DNA from: Octopus vulgaris
Lineage: Eukaryota
Direction: 5' to 3'
NCBI GenBank assembly: GCA_951406725.2
Contig: OX597832.1
Coordinates: 6,510,001 to 6,574,000 of the forward strand
Length of the DNA stretch: 64,000 nt
The notes beneath the pieces are model-generated. The model saw only the letters and a list, made by a program, of their open reading frames with translations. It did no database searches and was not told where the DNA came from. Shown piece by piece: positions 25,051 through 40,051 of the stretch (positions within the stretch are counted from its first letter, which is position 1; the number at the start of each line of letters is the position of its first letter). The position numbers and the translations under genes were made by a program.

Positions 25051-28000
25051 TGGACTGCAAAAATCCTGGGCTTTGTTCTTCTTTCCATTGACTAACTTAT
25101 AATAAAACTATAAAATAAAAACAGTCTCCCTTTCTTTCTCTGCTATATTGACCCTAAATTTACCAATGTGCAGAAGATGTCCAAATGTATATATTTTACT
25201 GTTATTTCCAAATAATAATGCCTATCAGTCATTTGTGCTCTATATAATTAACTGTTTGAGAGATGCCCCTTGTTCTTTTTATATTTCAGAAGTAGTCTAA
25301 AGATAAAGTATTTATTTTTGTCTCCTTCTTTCTTTCATTTTTATATCTTACATCTTTTCCCTGCAGCTCATGCCTTCATTTCTTTCTCATTAGATATTTC
25401 TTTATTAGTGATATTTCTCTACCAAGACTGGATCTTTTTTTTTTCTTTTACTCTTTTTGTAATTAAAAAAATATCCCAAATGCTATAAACAGCAGACACA
25501 TTTAGCATTTAAGATATCTTTCTGCAATTTCAGATGCATTACATACTTAGATATCACCTTTATAGCATTTATAATGAAGGTCAAATTTCTTTTTATTGCC
25601 TCTCCTCTCATTTTTTAAGCGTCTGTAATATATGGAAGTCATATGAGAAGATATTGGCAATTTAATTCATAGTGAATGCTTACTATTCTCTACAAAAAAT
25701 AAATAGATGATGAAATAAATTATAAGTTCTTGTTTTATTCTGTTTGTGTACTCTATGTGAACTGTTTGTGATTCAATGATATCCAAAGTAGATTATAGAT
25801 TATCTTTTTTTTTTCTGACACAAGAATATGTAGAACTAAGATAAAGAGATGCACTACAAGAATAGCAATTGCTAGGGCAACAGCAAGTTATGAAAGATTA
25901 CATGTAGGTTATAGTTAAATTTTTATCTTATTTTCACATTTGTTTTGGAAATTTACATAATGTTAAAGTCTCAGCTGAAAACCTTTTCAAATGCACTCAA
26001 TTTGGTTAATTGCTTAACTTTTCAAAACACTGAACTGTTTCATGTCAAGTATTTGTAAAATTGATAGGTAAATTGCTTATGCAAATAACATCAATTTTGG
26101 TTAATTGCCCAAATGTTTTTCTGATTTCAAGCAAAAACTTGATGCAGTGTAGCATAAAATTGAACATTTATTTAATTCAGTTTGAATAAAGTGATTTTAG
26201 AAGTCTCCTTTTTTATGAGTTAAGATGACACTTTACAAACAGGCGATGTCAAGAGTCAAATGAATTCAAGTTATTTTTACCATTTCAATGAATTAAAAAC
26301 TATAGCACTTCAGATTTTGGTAAATTTTTATCTTCTTTATTATGAAATGAAATTTTTCAATAAACAGGTCTTCATTGGAGATAATATTTGTGAAAGGAGT
26401 TTTGAATCAAGTGGTCAATGTATGCTTTTTTCATTGTTTTCATTATCAACTGCATTTTTTCTCAATCTGCATGTTAAGGAAGAATTTAATTATGTAGCTA
26501 GACTTGTGTAATTAAAGAATATCAAAGAGAAGAGAAAAAATGGTCACTGTCTTACAGTTGTGGAATACATGTATTTATCGCTTCCACTTGAAATCTTAAC
26601 CCACGTGGGAAGGCTTCTGGTACAGAACTTATCCCATGTAGGAAGCTTTCCTCTAGAAAACTTGGCCTGTGTGTGGGGAGGTGGGGAGAAGCCTTACTGC
26701 TCTCCAAGATGAGTAACCTGCAATGCAGCTTGCAAAGTTCACAACTGACATGTACATCCCATGATTTTGATATGGTTTCTATCTGAATGCCTTTCCTATC
26801 ACCAACTAAAAGTTCTGTACAGAAGGACTGTAATTAAAAATACTTCTTATCCTTGGTATATTACATTATCTATATGTGTGTAACATAGCTACAATACCTG
26901 ATTACTTGCTATATAAATTTCGCTGTACACTCCAGTTAATTTTATCAGAATTTCATTCATGAGGCTATACAATTATATAGAATTGATTGTATATAGAAAA
27001 TATGAGGTAAAGAGGAAATCTATGAGATTAATTACTCATCTGGGATGTATTATCATAAAACCACCTTATTAAGAGAGTTGAGCAAGCAAACACTATATGA
27101 AGTTCTGAATATATTTGAAGATCATCAGTTTAAATGTCGAATGTTTTGTTAAATAAAACTTAATGTGACATTTTCACCACCAGTTACACCCTAATTAACA
27201 TTAATAAAACAACAAGGGTGTAGTCTATATAAAGGGAAATTCAGAATTTTTATTAATGTATTTTAGTTGCATTTTGTCCCATTATATTTAAAAATATCTT
27301 ATTCATATAAACTTGAACTCCATCTCAGGCAGTGGGGAGATACTTTAAGCTTTCTCTTCTAGTAAACTATTTTTCAGCTTTGTTTTAATATTAGTTCTTC
27401 TCTCATAGCAAGAGTAACATACTTCTATATAAATAGTTTAATCATATTTCATGTTTAGTTGTTTTCTTGTGTCTAGCACAGCTTTTCTTTCAAATCAACA
27501 CTGTACTTTGAAAGACTACATTCTATTTACCCTTATTCATCGTATTCGTTTAGTGTACATGTTGCACTGCTTGATGACTTCATAAACCTTGCGTCATTTA
27601 CTATTTGCATTTTTATAGTTTCCTTTTTATCAGTGTCAAAATATAATAAATTAGCTCTTTCTCTAATGAGTGCTATATATTTTCATATGTAGTAACATTT
27701 GCCTTCACATATGAAGTGGATTGGCATTTAATTCTATCCACCAGAATTAACAGCTATTACTCCAAATGTGTAATTCAAACAAGGACTTTATGGTTGAATA
27801 TATTTTGCATTACTAAGCATTGTTTTTCAACATAACTTTGAATTTCATTTTTGGATTTGGTTTGCAAGATTCTTTATGTGAGTTCATGTGTTGAAGCATA
27901 TTCTGTTGTGTCTGGGGAGAGTCATTCTCTTTTAGTACCTTATAATTTAACACACTCATCGGTGAAATTTCCACTCATTTTCTTCATTTATTTTTCTAAA

Positions 28001-29105
28001 AAACTTTTTGTATCTTGCAACCTTTTCAATAGTTGTTGGCTCGGTCCGTTATTCAAGCTGCATTCTTTTTATTTGTTTTTGCGCATATGTGGGCACATAC
28101 ACGTGTATGTATATATGTATGCATGCATGCAAGTGTGTGTATGCGTGTGGGTTTAAACTTTAAAGGCTAATACTGACTAAATTCTTAAATTCACTCCCTG
28201 CCTGATATCTGCTTTAAATCTCACACAGCAGATACTAATCTGTAAATTGAGTTAAAATTTGAAATATTTCATAATTAAAAATGACTGCATCTATTATCAT
28301 CATAGCAACATACTCTAAATAATTAGGTTAAATCTATGTTTCCTACATATGACAGATTTACTGTCACAAAATAATATTGTAACTAAATTTTATTTGGACT
28401 GAATTATACATGTATATTAACATAAGGTAATTTTACTTGTTAAGATATCATTAGCAAATATGCTGCTTTGACTGCATAATTCATGAGGACTATACCAGCT
28501 TGCCCTGTTAATTGGGATTCTTTAGTGATTAAAGCCTGTAAATAAATTGATGTACATTTATACGAATGAAGAAAATAGTGCGAAATTGTTCAACAATGTT
28601 TTAGTCTCTTCACATATTTCTGTAGTCTGCTTGTCTGACTTGTTACTGCTTTCTGTGGTGTTGAGTAGATGAGACAAATCTTTCCTTGAATATGACTTGA
28701 TTCTGTCGCAATGAATCATTCGTCAGTCTTACAGCAGTGCTGTATTGTGGCATCCACCCAAAGTTAGGGAGCTCAGTAATGAACAACACATTCAAAAGGT
28801 ATCCCAAAATAGGCCATCTGACTGCCTGGCAAACCTTCCAATGCTTCCTGTTCTTCTAAACTTGAAAGATGAGTACCACATTTATCCTAGCTGACTCAAT
28901 GCCTTTATTTTTCATTGTTCTTTATGTTTCATCCTACAAACACTTTCTCCCCTACATCCTTACAGAAGTTTGAGCTGATTTTCAACTATGTCAACCTCAC
29001 TAGTCTAAGAGAGCTTGTATTAAGCATTAACCTCCTCAGGCTAAAATATTATAAAGACAAGCTGTTAGTTTATCTAATCAGATGTTTGTTGTTTAATGTT
29101 TCTTT

Positions 29106-29421
29106 TATAATGTGATTTCTGTATATCACTTTTGTATCCTACACTATAACTGTGATAAACAATACTGCGGAACGGAGCAAACACCAACTGTCTCCACTTG
29201 ATGTATTCCTAAATACTCTGACATAGCTGTAACCAATCCCAAACAACTCTCAATGAACTATAACAACCTCTCAACAATTTTCTGCAACTCCATGAACTCG
29301 CAAATGACACCTTTCAACTTCCTGCGATTTCTCATCTCTTGCTCTCAGTCAAACACGCTGCTACTTATATGAGTTTGGCTAGTCCATTCTCACATGGGGT
29401 GTCATGATTCTCGCCATAACA
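29106..29421 (-). repeat. 3' LTR
   Basis: Direct repeat of 31177-31495; begins TGTTATGG on the minus strand right after the PPT. Confidence 0.9.
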
Positions 29422-29535
29422 TCTCCCCTTTTCAAATTTGACTTCTGTAGGAAGTGCAAATTGTTTTATTAATTTTCTTTTTTTTTTTCCATCATAACCT
29501 CTCCCTTTTTTGAGATTTTAATTTCCTCAGAAGTT

Positions 29536-30360
29536 TTAATTCTTCTTTTGCTTAGGGACTATTTCTAGTTCAATTTGTTTATGTTTTCTATTGCTGATCT
29601 GCCTATATTCAATGCCTTTTGGCGTTGGGACATTGAACAAGTCATAAACATCCATTGGTATTTCTTCTCTTTCTTCTGTATGTCTACTCTTCAACTGGTT
29701 CAAATGTCGTTTGTGCTCTCCTGTTTGACCTTTTATTATATACATCATACTGCCTATTCTTTTCGTCACTATACTGTCCTCCCAAACTTGTCTTCCCCAC
29801 ATTAAAATACTTTATGTATCTTGAGTTTTCCCTATAAGTTTTTTTTTAAGGTAACAATTTATCAAAAATTGATTTTTATCTTCAAGGCAAACATTAGCTC
29901 TGCAGGTGATTGTCTGAACAGGTGTTTGGGTTAGGTGTTAACCTGTAAACCCTTGAGTTAAAGCTGCATCATTGCCTAATTCATTTCCTGTTTTTTTTAG
30001 TTCTTGTTAAAATGTGTGTACAAACCTTTCTGCTTGCCCATTTGATCTCAGGTGGTATTGCAGAGTAGAGATGTAATTGATAGCTTGTGAAGGAACCTTA
30101 TTGTTACCTTCAAGGTTGGTTGACTGCATTTACATATCTCCGGCTACTTGGTATAAATGTTTACTATGATCAGATAATATGTGCTGTTTACTGGTCCAAC
30201 AAAATCTTTATGTAGCCTGGACCACAGACTGTCTATTTTAGACCATAATTGGAATTTCACTGGTGGTGACTTTGCTGTGAGAGCACGCAAGATTTCACCA
30301 ATTGCTCGATGTCACGGTCCATAGTAGGCCAATACATGTAGACCTTCACACTCATAGCAT
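29536..30360 (-). pseudogene. Gypsy integrase remnant
   Basis: YMYWPTMDRDIEQ, WSRLHKDFVGPVNSTYYLIIVNIYTK*PEI, HLRSNGQAERFVH, then VTKRIGSMMYII...HKRHLNQLKSR. Contains stops and frameshifts. Confidence 0.8.
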
Positions 30361-30435
30361 GGATTTGGTCATAACATTCGTTTCTCTTTATTTATTCCTG
30401 GTCGACATGTCTGTACTTGAGAGAAATTTTTTTCT

Positions 30436-31105
30436 TCAATTTTCTTTGTCCTGTTGCAAGTTGATAATTCTTTGACACTCCTCTGCCACTACCTGCAGGG
30501 TTAAATTCTGGTCCTTCTGTTCTAGTTTTGTAAGAATCTGTGCACGTATTTCTGCATCTTTGTTTGCTGTCAAATCTTGCACAAAGATGAGGCATTTAAA
30601 CATGTCCAGAGATAATTCCTTCAGTTTAAATTTTTCGCACATTTTATTTACAATTCTAGCATAACTGACAAAATCTTCATCCTCTTCTTTTACTAAGTTC
30701 AAACACTCCCAGCTAGTGTTAACCAAGGAACTCTTATTGCTGAAGATTTTGGATAGCAATTCAATTGTTTCCTCAAAACAAATTTCACTTGTTTTTTTTA
30801 GGCAAGATAAAAATTGCAGTATTTTTCATGTTCTGAAGGACCTAGTTTCCATAACAGTAATCTCACTTTTTCATTGTCTGTCCAACACTTGCATTCTTCC
30901 TTGAAAATTTCTTCATATTTTCTGATGTATGCTGAAAAAGTTATACTCTCTTCTGGGTTATAGCGCTGTCTGGCAAAAATGAACTTGTAGTGTTTTCCAA
31001 CTTCAACATCAGTTCCAGCAACTGATTGTGTTGTAGTTGTTGCTGCAACTCCTGTTGTTGCCGTTACTGTTGCAACTGTAATATGTCAGCTAATAGGTTT
31101 TCCAT
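30436..31105 (-). pseudogene. Gypsy gag remnant with a Q-rich N-terminus
   Basis: MENLLADILQLQQ...; LVNTSWECLNLVKEEDEDFVSYARIVNKMCEKFKLKELSLDMFKCLIFVQDL...LTLQVVAEECQRIINL, typical of Mag-lineage gag. Confidence 0.8.
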
Positions 31106-31176
31106 AAAGAAATTTTTTGTATCATAAAAAATTGTTAATGACCAACTTAAGCTTTGAATCAACTCATCGTCACTTT

Positions 31177-31495
31177 TGTAATGTGATTTCTGTATATCAC
31201 TTTTGTATCTTACACTTTAACAATGTGATATACAATACCATGGAACAAGGTAGACACCAACTGTCCCCACTTGACGTATTCCCAAATACTCTGCCAACAA
31301 TTGTAACCAATCCCAAACAACTCTCAACAAACTATAACAACTTCTGAACAATTTCCTCTGACTCCACAAACTCACAAACGACACCTTTCAACTTCCTGTG
31401 ATTTCTCATCTCTCGCTCTCAGTCAAACACACTGTTACTTATACAACTTCGGCTAGTCCATTCTCACAGGGGGTGTCATGATTCTCACCATAACG
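31177..31495 (-). repeat. 5' LTR
   Basis: Direct repeat of 29106-29421; ends ...CATTACA on the minus strand before the PBS. Confidence 0.9.
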
Positions 31496-32395
31496 GCATC
31501 TTCTTCTCAGCATCTTGGTCATAAACTCAATGCTATGCGCATCACTCACCCTTGAGTATGAGTTGATTGCTATGGCTGCCTTATTGATTTTAGTCACCAT
31601 ACTTTCCTGATTACTGCAAGTAGAAATAGGATGTTATTTTGGGTCTGTTCTAAAACAGTAGAATAGCTGAAATAAAGTGACCTCCAATGGGAATCAAGAT
31701 CTTGGCTTGCAAGGTGAGTAACAACAAAAACAAAAAAGCTTGTAAAAGACTGTTGTATTTGAGGAAAGCAACAGTAGAGACAGCTGCTGCAACAGCAGCA
31801 GACTTCCACTATTATACATGCTTACATATTTGATACACATTTAATAGTTAAAGAAGTGGTAGTTTACCATGTTCACATTGCCCAAATACTTGACATACAT
31901 ACTGCAAAAGTAGTATGAAAAATTTTCAGGACATGCACTAGTTCTGTTACTCAAAAAATTCTGAAATACTAACTTCTGTAACTCAGTAATCTGAATTTGA
32001 TAGATAAATAATTAGATAGTATGACTTCTATTTAATTTGCTCAAGACAGAAGCTTTAGTGGTTAACAAAAGTAAGTAAATAAATAAAAAAGCAAATCTGT
32101 TAAAGGTTGGTACTTGAAGATGAAAATTACCTCAGGCTTTGCAGAACTTGCACTTGTTCTGCCTGATATGCAGGAAGTAACCTCTTGCTTTATTAGAGCT
32201 GTAACGTGTTAGCTGATCATCTCTATAAATAGATATACAGGTGCAAGAAGAGAAGTCAGCATCTATTTGATTCTTCTTTACTCACAGACACTTTGCAACT
32301 TCATTTCTTTTTATTCAATATGGAGTTAGATGAGAGATGCTGAGGTTTAGCCAGATATTGATCTTAGCTGTACTGGTCATGTGATTTAAAAATCA

Positions 32396-34190
<1,795 letters not shown>

Positions 34191-35067
34191 TTCATGCTAA
34201 ATAAACAATGAGAATATTCTTTTTTGGACTGAAGAATTTACTGATTACTTGGAATTTTGGTTCTTGTTTTTCTTATGACGATATCTGAGTCTTATTGATA
34301 AAATCTATTCTTGTATCAACTAAAGAATAACTTCTTTTTTTTACCTTTCCACACAATTGTACCATTAGTGAATTTTCTTTCCAATCTCTTTCACACAATT
34401 ACAATCACTTTTCTTCATGATATTTATTTTATACATGCATGCATACACCCATACATGCACATTCCCTCAAAGAGCATATTTATTTTTTCCTATTTTTTTC
34501 TTTCTTTTTCAACAAATTAAATTGCTTCTCATAAGTTACTTTTTTGTTGGTTCAATGCACACGTTTGTTTTGGGAAGTTGTCAACCAACCAAGGTCTATG
34601 ACCTAATTTCCTTTCTTAAAAATTGCATCAGTTGTATCATTTGTCAGTCTTTCTCAGTGTTTTTTATTCTCTTTCATTCCTGTAGAAAGCAATCGGCATC
34701 CTCATCACCATTGTTATATCATGAATATTGCATTTATCAGAATTAGAAACATTTCTAAGAGAACTTACTGAATAGCTATTGCTTACCTTTCTATCTCAGT
34801 TGACAGCTTGTCAATATGAAAGTGGTGCTGATTTATGGTAATGGTTAATGCACAGCTGGGAAACCTTAAACAGTTCCTGATTAAATAACTGATTGTTTAT
34901 TAAAGGCCTAAATTAATGCCAGTCGAAAAATTCATTTATATCTATGATTCTAAAGACATTTCAGATTCAGTGAATCGAACAGAATCAAGATAAGGAATCA
35001 GTATCTTATATATTATATGACTATTTTGCCATTGTTGCATAAGAAAGACAGTTCAGATATCTTCTAT

Positions 35068-35375
35068 TTTTTGCATCTTTCAGTCATTGGACTGCGGACT
35101 TGCTGGGACATGACTTAGAAGAGTTTAGCTAAACAAATCGTGACTAATATTTATTTTTTAAGTGTGGTACTTATTGGTCTCTTTTGCCAAACTGCTAAAC
35201 TGCAGCCACATAAACAAACCAACAACATTGTCAAGCAGTATGGGGAGGGGATCAAACATACACACATTATATATATAGAACAGGTTTCCATATGGTTTCC
35301 ACCTGCCAAATTCCCTCACAAAGCATTGCTCAGTTTGGAGCTATAGTAGAAGACGCTTACCCAAGATGCCATACA
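35068..35375 (-). mobile_element. Diverged SINE family A copy
   Basis: TTCAGTCATTGGACTGCGG...GCTATAGTAGAAGACGCTTACCCAAG. Confidence 0.65.
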
Positions 35376-35389
35376 TGAAAGCTGAGCTG

Positions 35390-35562
35390 GTTTGTGTGTG
35401 CTTATCCTCTGTCTTCCCTTCTCGGGATCTTTCCTTCTCCTATGTTTCCGACGAAGAGCTCTGCTCGAAACATTAAAGCCTCCTTCTTCCCTGAGCGTCC
35501 AATAATACTTTATTTGTTCCACGTCCTTGCGTTGTTGTTTTTTTGTTTTCTTGTTTGGATTA

Positions 35563-35570
<8 letters not shown>
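35390..35570 (+). mobile_element. Penelope-like terminus with a minimal hammerhead-like motif (35444-35478)
   Basis: TTT-CCGACGA-A-GAGC-tct-GCTC-GAAA-CA-TT-AAA; ends in (TA)n. Confidence 0.6.
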
Positions 35571-35602
<32 letters not shown>

Positions 35603-36033
35603 CAAGATGATATCCTTTTAGGAAATAATCTTTCAAATACCAGTACATTAGTATTTGTTTTCAGGCAAGTTTTTGTTGCCTAGCACCATATCAGCATTGA
35701 TTGACCAGAAGTTGAACTCATTGCTGAGCCCATGGACCAATATCTTAACCATTCAAATATATTGTCACTTACCAAGATAAAAATTCTCTTTATTAATCTG
35801 ATGCATTCTCACATGACCCTTTGGTTTAATTGTTAACCAAGTCCTAGAAACCCTTATTAATTCACTCTATATAAAGCAACAATCTCTTTGATTTGAAGTA
35901 AGTTTGTTAAATGTAATATACAAAACTTTCAGAGTTTGAGTCACTTTCCACCAATTAATAATAATAAGAAAATGTATATACTCATATATTGAGCTCTATT
36001 TCTCCTGTTCTTTCAAACTAACATATGTATATA

Positions 36034-36237
36034 CAGTAATCCCTCAACTATTGCAGGTGTTACGTACCAAAACCTCCCACAGAAATAATTAAAATCTAAA
36101 GCAATATAAATACCTATTGGCTGTAGAAACCCATGATATACTGAAGTTTTCCAATATAAAATTATATATATATTAGCCAGAAAAATCCATGATGTACTGA
36201 ATGCATGATAGGTGAACTACGATATGGCAAGGGATTA

Positions 36238-36240
<3 letters not shown>
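36034..36240. mobile_element. Tigger/pogo-like MITE
   Basis: TIR CAGTAATCCCT / AGGGATTACTG (11 bp perfect), flanked by TA on both sides. Confidence 0.75.
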
Positions 36241-36287
<47 letters not shown>

Positions 36288-36532
36288 GCACACACATAAA
36301 GCCATAAATGATAGCACATAAATATGGGGTCAAAAAATCTACTATTATTTACTGCTTTATGTGTGTGCATTGAGATATTTCAAGAGAATTTGTTCATGGT
36401 CTCTTGAAAGTTCATAAATTTTTTATGACATCACCTGTATATATATATAAATAATATGCATACACACATACATATATATAGATACACACACACACACACA
36501 TATATATATATAAATATACACACATACACATA

Positions 36533-37400
36533 TCATCATCATCATCATCATCATCATTTAACGTCCGCTTTCCATGCTAGCATGGGTTGGACGGTTCAAC
36601 TGGGGTCTGGGGAGCCCGAAAGCTGCACCAGTCCAGTCAGATCTGGCAGTGTTTCTACAGCTGGATGCCCTTCCTAACGCCAACTACTCCGAGAGTGTAG
36701 TGGGTGATTTTATGTGCCACCGACACAGGTGCCAGACGAGGCTGGCAAACGGCCACGCTCGGATGGTGTTTTTTATGTGCCACCGACACAGGTGCCAGAC
36801 GAGGCTGGCAGACGGCCACGCTCGGATGGTGTTTTTATGTGCCACCGACACAGGTGCCAGATGAGGCTGGCAAACGGCCACGATCGGATGGTGTTTGTTA
36901 CGTGCCCACAGCACGGAGGCCAGTCGATGCGGTACTGGCTACGGCCACGTTCGGATGGTTTTCTTGTGTGCCACGTGCCACCGGCACTGGTACCACAAAG
37001 ATACAAATTCCATTGATGTTCATCTATTTTGATTTGTTTTGATTTTCACTTGCCTCAACAGGTCTTCACAAGTGTCACAAGAAGGAAGGTATGCACAGGT
37101 GGACTGACTACGTCCCAGGTAGGGGCCACAGGTTATGGCCTGACTAGTCTTGCCGGGTCTTCAGATGGTGTTTTTATGTGCCACCGACACAGGTGCCAGA
37201 TGAGGCTGGCGAACGGCCACGATCGGATGGTGTTTGTTACGTGCCCACAGCACGAAGGCCAGTCGGTGCGGTACTGGCTACGGCCACGTTCGGATGGTTT
37301 TCTTGTGTGCCACCGGCACTGGTACCACAAAGATACAATTCCATTAATGTTCATCTATTTTGATTTGTTTTGATTTGATTTGATTTGATTTGTTTTGATT
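36533..37400 (-). mobile_element. Young RTE LINE 3' UTR with a 62-66 bp tandem array plus a duplicated internal segment
   Basis: Units start at about 36711, 36774, 36836, 36899 and 36965. 37161-37375 duplicates about 36823-37045. CpG-rich. Confidence 0.85.
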
Positions 37401-37414
37401 TATATATATATATG

Positions 37415-37446
<32 letters not shown>

Positions 37447-37517
37447 CACACACATATATAAACACACACATATACATTTATATATATATACATACATATA
37501 TATATATATACATATAT

Positions 37518-37548
<31 letters not shown>

Positions 37549-38108
37549 TACATACATATATATATATACATACACACATATACATATATATACGTACATA
37601 TACACACACACATGTACAACTTACCAAACTGTCATGCATATGTATGTAGATATGTGTGCACACATGTCTAATCATTATCTGTTAGAATATACTAGACATT
37701 AATTGTATATTTTATATATGTATATATTTTTGCTCCTGTTTATCTGACACACATATATCTACACATATGTGTATTTATGAGTGCATGTGTGTGTGTAAGT
37801 ACTTTGTGTATATATAGCCATATATGTGCAAACTATGTATGTGTGTATGGTCTGTAAATTGGTTAACACTAGGAAGGGCATCCAGTTGTAAAAACCATGT
37901 TGAAACATACAGTGGAGTTTGGTACGGTCTTCTGGTTTACCAACTCCTATCAAAACCATCCAATAATGCCAGCATGGCAGATGAATGTTAAATGATGAAG
38001 ATAATGATAATATCTATGCACATGTATGTGTGTATGTTTGTGTGTGTTTATATGTATACATGTGTATACATATATGTATACATGTGTGTGTGTATTTATA
38101 TGTATGTA

Positions 38109-38150
<42 letters not shown>

Positions 38151-38204
38151 CATGTGTGCATATGTGGGGACACATGTATGCATACTAATGTACATACTGT
38201 ATGT

Positions 38205-38375
38205 ACATTAGTATGTGTATAAGTAGGTACATTAGTATATGCATAAGTATGTGCATTAGTATGTGCATAAGTATGTACATTAGTATGTGCATAAGTATGT
38301 ATATTAGTATGTGCATAAGTATGTATATTAGTATGTGCATAAGTATGTATATTAGTATATGCATAAGTATGTATA
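38205..38375. repeat. Minisatellite, mostly 24-bp period (dimer of 12-mers)
   Basis: TAGTATGTGCATAAGTATGTATAT repeated about 6-7 times. Confidence 0.85.
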
Positions 38376-38652
38376 TATATATATATTTACACACACACAC
38401 ATCTTTTATTTAGTTTTCCTTGTTTATTTATTTATTTAATGGCATAAAGGGCAAACCATTTGAAAAATATGCATTATCCACGTGACTTTGCAATTGTTTC
38501 TATACTTTGTTCCAGAACAATCCAGGGAAATACCATTATCACCACTATTCGTGACCCATTGATTTAAAACCAGTTTGATAAGTGCCAATGCACTAAACTT
38601 TTGGCCCTTGAGACACTCTGTAGCTTCTGCCAGTTATTAATAAAGTAACATG

Positions 38653-38705
<53 letters not shown>

Positions 38706-38727
38706 TGTACATATATATTTGTTTGTG

Positions 38728-38802
<75 letters not shown>

Positions 38803-39166
38803 TTGTCTGTGTATACACACACACTCACACATGCATGCACACGCACATGGTGATGTTAGTTCTGCCTACTCCTTATTCTAAATATTTCAAATTCTTTCTT
38901 AACATTGTATAACACTGATAAACTGTTTCCTACCATTCATCACATGATTTCATTCTAATGGAAAACATATTGCTATGCTTCAAATTCCTAGAGATTTTGT
39001 TTATGTAAACTAATGCCAGGATTGTAATTTTTAACCACAAATGATTTTTTGCTGTTAACAAGAAATTTGAAGATATTTTCTTTTATCAGGTGCACTATGA
39101 CAATAGAAATTACAATGCAACACGTATATGAATGTGTGTGTGTATGTATAGACACAGGCATTCATA

Positions 39167-39577
39167 TACTCTTTTACTCTTTTACTTGTTTCAGTCATTT
39201 GACTGCGGCCATGCTGGAGCACCACCTTTAGTCAAGCAAATCGACCCCAGGACTTATTCTTTGCAAGCCCAGTACTTATTCTATCAGTCTCTTTTGCCGA
39301 ACTGCTAAGTGACGGCGACGTAAACACACCAGCATCAGTTGTCAAGCAATGCGAGGGGGACAAACACAGACACACAAACATACACACACACATATACATA
39401 TATATACATATATACGACGGGCTTCTTTCAGTTTCCGTCTACCAAATCCACTCACAAGGCTTTGGTCGACCCAAGGCTATAGTAGAAGACACTTGCCCAA
39501 CATGCCACGCAGTGGGACTGAACCCAGAACCATGTGGTTGGTAAGCAAGCTACTTACCACACAGCCACTCCTGCGCC
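39167..39577 (-). mobile_element. SINE family A, full length and young
   Basis: Highly similar to 876-1268, including the GGCGCAGGAGTGGCTGTGTGG head. Confidence 0.9.
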
Positions 39578-39579
39578 TA

Positions 39580-40040
39580 TGGGTAGTTAAAAAGTTCCCT
39601 TCCCAACTAAATGGTTTCTAGTTCAGTTTCACTGTGTGGCACCTTGGGCAAGTGTCTTCTGCTTTAGCCTCAGGGCTGACAAAAGCCTTGTGAGTGGATT
39701 TAGTTAACAGAAGCTGAAAAGATTTTTTAGTGTATCTCTATATGTGTAGAGAGAGATGTATATAGAAGTATGTATGTTTGTTTATGTGTATGTGTGTGTG
39801 TGTGTGATTCTGTGTATGCTGTTTCCTTGTCTTGGCATCACATGATAATTGTTACTGAGTCACTGTGATACAAGCAGTCTCTCTTCATTTCCAATGTTCT
39901 GTGAAAGCATGTCTGGCCATGGGGAAATATTACTTTTTTTCTGAAACTGATAAACGTTGATGACAGGAAGGGGATCCAGCCATAGAGTATCTATCTACCT
40001 CAACCCATGGAAGCTTGGAAAATTGGATGTTAAAACAATT
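39580..40040 (+). mobile_element. SINE family B
   Basis: Head-to-head with the preceding family A copy; RTE-like tail. Confidence 0.75.
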
Positions 40041-40051
40041 ATAAATATGTA

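Larger units (their letters stand above)
29106..31495 (-). mobile_element. Internally deleted Ty3/Gypsy (Mag/K02A2.6-like) LTR retrotransposon
   Basis: Direct LTRs of about 316-319 bp, PBS-like TGACGATGAG after the 5' LTR on the minus strand, PPT GAAAAGGGGAGA at 29422-29433, gag and integrase remnants. No protease, RT or RNase H seen, and no clear TSD. Confidence 0.9.

Noticed and set aside
26243-26420. Pair of small exons (AG/GT-bounded open frames)
   Set aside because: The intervening intron would be only about 48 nt, acceptors are weak and no peptide is recognisable.
29101-31500. Target-site duplication of the LTR element
   Set aside because: The flanks TCTTT and GCATC do not match.
31594-31720. 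Coding exon ending at the strong donor AAG|GTGAGT
   Set aside because: All three frames from the nearest good acceptor contain stops.
36700-36995. CRISPR-like repeat/spacer array
   Set aside because: Eukaryotic context, no cas genes, variable parts of only 6-11 nt, and it is the 3' UTR of a dispersed RTE LINE.
39500-39577. tRNA gene
   Set aside because: Only A/B-box-like motifs of a SINE head; no cloverleaf, and it continues into the SINE body.
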